From Mytilus californianus (taxonomy: Eukaryota): a stretch of DNA of 64,000 nucleotides. The position numbers and the translations under genes were made by a program. The notes under the pieces are model-generated. The model worked only from the letters and a program-made list of their open reading frames with translations, was not told where the DNA came from and ran no database searches. Shown here piece after piece: positions 60,801 to 64,000 of the stretch. Numbering within the stretch: the first letter of the stretch is position 1; each line of letters opens with the position of its first letter. The DNA lies in the NCBI RefSeq assembly GCF_021869535.1, contig NW_026262679.1:92711982-92775981 (forward strand), read 5' to 3'.

Positions 60801-60948
60801 AAACATAACGCAGAAGTTTGGTGAGATGTTGAGTGAAGCTGGATCTCTATCTGGTTCCCCAGTGGTCATATTCATGGATGGTTTAGACTTGATGGAGAAC
60901 ACACTTCTGCCAAGCACAATGGATTGGCTGCCTAATCCTGTACCAAAG
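60801..60948 (+). CDS. TEP1: TEP1 exon 24 (NACHT Walker B)
   Basis: ctttttag|A ... AAG|GTAGGG. KNITQKFGEMLSEAGSLSGSPVVIFMDGLDLMENTLLPSTMDWLPNPVPK aligns to human ..HPGQTQVLIIDGADRLVDQNGQLISDWIPKKLPR. Confidence 0.85.
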
Positions 60949-61781
60949 GTAGGGGATCCACAGTGTAGACTGGTTCCTCAGTCCCTTTTCATTTGTTGTA
61001 CCAGGTTTATAAGGGGAGGTAAATCAGATAACCATTCAGGTTCCCCATAAAACTTACATATGTGACATCAGATATTTGAAATGTAAACATATAATGCTGA
61101 TTTTGGTGCATAGAAAACATGTGTCTTCAATACTCTTCATCAGGTGTGCTATAGACCAAAAGTTTAGTGCCATTTAATATTTCAGGTTTTGTGAGCTGAA
61201 AAGACAGTTAAATCAATATTGCATTAGTTATATGATTGCTTTAAATTGCCTTTGTTTGTTGTCATTTTGTCATTTTTGTAGTTTTAGCTACCATATTTTG
61301 ATATGTTAATATTACCCATAATATACATTCAAGAATATATAGGGATCTTTGGTTCATTTGTTCATCTCATTTTTGAATACCAGATTATAATTCATACTAT
61401 AGCTCATCAAATCTTTTGAAAATTACAAAATCTCATTGACCATATTGTACTTTTTAGGTCGTATATGGTATATTTGAGTTTTAATGGGTCGAGTTTTATG
61501 TCCCTTTATCATCTGGAAGTTTGAATTTTAAAGTTTCGGGATAATAATAAATGTTCTTCTTTTTAAAGATAAACAGTCTAAACATCATAGAGTATGGCTT
61601 ATTTTAGATATTGTAGGATTTGGTCATCTAAGGTTTAACATACTCTTTAATATTTTTTGGCAACAGTGATTAATGTTCTTGTAATAGCTGACTCAAACAG
61701 AGTTCTGGGTGATCAGTTATCATATAGCTTATGTTGTCAAGAATAGACCATATCACTATTTATTTATTCTTTTTGTGGCAG

Positions 61782-62006
61782 GAAAATAATGATAAGATTT
61801 TTGAAGTTTCAAAATCTTCTTTAATTCAGAATGTAATATTTGTGATAACTGCATTGGAGGATGGGAAGTTCCACAGTTCTTTGAAGAAACTTGGAGCTGT
61901 CAATTTAAGTGTTGGTCCATTAGACATGTGGGACAAAGCTGATGTCGTCAGGAACAACTTAGCAGTACACAGGAAGGCTTTAGATGAATCCCCATTTAAC
62001 AACCAG
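61782..62006 (+). CDS. TEP1: TEP1 exon 25
   Basis: tgtggcag|GAA ... CAG|GTAAAA. ..GPLDMWDKADVVRNNLAVHRKALDESPFNNQ aligns to human GPLEASARARLVREELALYGKRLEESPFNNQ. Confidence 0.9.
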
Positions 62007-62173
62007 GTAAAACTTTTTATTCAGGAAATACACTTTAATTGTAATGAGGGTTTGTAAAAAAAACAATTTCAATTAATTGATACAAATTTGAGTTTTCCTT
62101 TTTAATTTTACATTTACTACATCATAATTTAGTTTGAAAATTATATTACATATTTCTTTTAACTTTTCTTCAG

Positions 62174-62266
62174 ATGAAGTTATTGCTCTCAAAGAGGGAA
62201 GGAGCAAATCCTCTTTTCTTGAAGCTTGCATGTGAAGAACTCAGAGTATTTGGAGTGTTTGAAAGG
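62174..62266 (+). CDS. TEP1: TEP1 exon 26
   Basis: tcttcag|ATG ... AGG|GTATGT. MKLLLSKREGANPLFLKLACEELRVFGVFER aligns to human MRLLLVKRESGRPLYLRLVTDHLRLFTLYEQ. Confidence 0.9.
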
Positions 62267-62991
62267 GTATGTTAACAAATAACTTCTTTTAATTTAGAAT
62301 TGTTGCATACATTTATTATTGCATTTACTGAACAATGGGCACATATGGGATTAATTATTGCAATTTCAGGAAATGCTGTGTACTAATAATTCTATCAAAT
62401 TTAGAATGCAAGTTTATTTTTGCAAAACTTGATGAAAACATCACAAAAATTCCTGAATTTACAGTGCTTTTTTAGCCAGTTTGAATACAGTACAGATTGT
62501 GAATTAGTAGTGGGTTGGCAGATATGGGTTGGCAAGTTGTCATCAAGTGAGAGTTTGTGGCAAAAAATGTATCTTTTTTGTGTATTTGTGCCCTACAGTT
62601 TTTGAATCTGAGCTTTCAAACTTTCTAATGTAAAAAAAGGGATATGGTGTATTACAAATTCATGATTCATGACACAAAATGCTTGCATAATTTGACAAAG
62701 AAAAAGGAACAGAGCTTTTAATGAGGCTCCTCATCTCAAAGTCACAGTGAGCCCTCTATTTGGATCAAAAATTTGCACCTCACTGCAAGACTTCCCCTAA
62801 CTCCGCTTTTATGGAATTATTTGGAATGAGTGCATAACAATTTTGATCAATATACAGACTGAAAGACTAAATGTTTATTAGAACACATAAGAGAGTTTAT
62901 CTCAAGAATAAATGTGTTGTAACAATAATGTTGATTATCAAATCAAACTGGAAAGCAGAATAAGGTAACAATTAGAGGAAATCTTTTACAG

Positions 62992-63124
62992 ATTACCAAT
63001 AAACTGAAATCCCTGCCACATACCACTCCAGCATTATTACAAGAAGTACTCTCCAGACTAGAATCAGACTTAGGACTAGAGCTAGTATCTACAGCCATCT
63101 CATTGTTAGTCTGTTCAAGAAATG
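62992..63124 (+). CDS. TEP1: TEP1 exon 27; gene continues beyond the window
   Basis: ttttacag|ATT ... AATG|GTAAGT. ITNKLKSLPHTTPALLQEVLSRLESDLGLELVSTAISLLVCSRN aligns to human VSERLRTLPATVPLLLQHILSTLEKEHGPDVLPQALTALEV. The exon ends in phase 1 with more than 1000 aa of the human protein still to come. Confidence 0.8.
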
Positions 63125-64000
63125 GTAAGTTTAAAAAAAAATGTAAACCTTTAAGTTGAGCTCTAGACACTTTTATCAGTATATACACAGTTGTGTAACA
63201 GACTAGTTAAAAGTTGGATATGCCAAATGACAATCACCTTCCTTTGAGGTATGAAACCAATTAATTTTATTTTGACATATTGATATACCTCTTATTTTTC
63301 TGCTACTACAGAAAATCACAGATGCCTTCTAAATTTGGACAACATAAAGCATAGTTTTGGGCAACACTGTTCAAATAAGGTCATTATTGCAAGTGTACAA
63401 AAATGTTTGAATTAGTTGTATATTCTGAAATAGGCATTAGATCTTGATGATGGTAATTCATAATGTATTTTAAAGTTTCTGTTAAGCACATAACTAGTTT
63501 TCAGATAAAAAAACAAAATTATGCATTTATACTTAAGTGCATACACAAATTTTGTTTACCTTAATACAGCCAGTGTAATAGGCTGACTAAAATCTATATA
63601 TAAAAATAAGAAGATGAGGTATGTTTGCTAATGAGACAACTCTCCACCAGAGACCAAACGATACAGAAGTTAACAACTATAGGTCACTGTATGGCTTGAT
63701 ACTTGTACGCAAATATATCACTTAAAAATGGCCACACAAATATGGTTTTCTTGTCATTTTAAGAGTATTATGATTGATTCAAAAGTTATTGCATGCATAT
63801 TGTAAACAAAATCCTTATTATAATTTTTGTTGCAACCACAAACTTGCACTATAAGGATTATTGCATTAATATTGATGATATTGTTTGGAGCAGTATATCA
63901 TATTGCACAAGCTTGAGAGATAGTTGTCTCATTGGCAATCATACCACATGTCCTTATTTTTGTCTCGCCTACGACGAAAGTCACGGAAAGCGAGACATAG

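Overview
Eukaryotic (metazoan) nuclear DNA, AT-rich, intron-rich and extremely repeat-dense. The repeat types (Helentron-like carriers of satellite arrays, dispersed SINE/MITE-like blocks) suggest a bivalve mollusc, but that is an inference. Two protein-coding genes lie head-to-head. (1) An MCMBP (MCM-binding protein) orthologue on the minus strand, first coding exon 14309-14575, with further exons recovered down to about 1338. Some internal and 3' exons are not resolved. (2) A TEP1 (telomerase/vault-associated protein 1; TROVE plus NACHT regions) orthologue on the plus strand from about 29.5 kb to the window end. 27 exons are resolved in one continuous reading frame with canonical GT/AG junctions, and the gene continues past 64000 toward the WD40 part. 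The roughly 15 kb between the genes and most introns are filled with repeats. These include five copies of a non-autonomous Helentron-like element that carries up to three different tandem arrays; one copy is nested in a TIR element whose uninterrupted sister copy lies 4 kb downstream. There are also MITEs, other TIR elements, a rearranged segmental duplication and several satellites. No rRNA, tRNA, CRISPR or prokaryote-style features were seen. Most ORFs of 60 aa or more in the supplied track are repeat or antisense artefacts. Alignments to human TEP1 and MCMBP are from memory. Coordinates were derived by hand and may be off by a few bases at some junctions.
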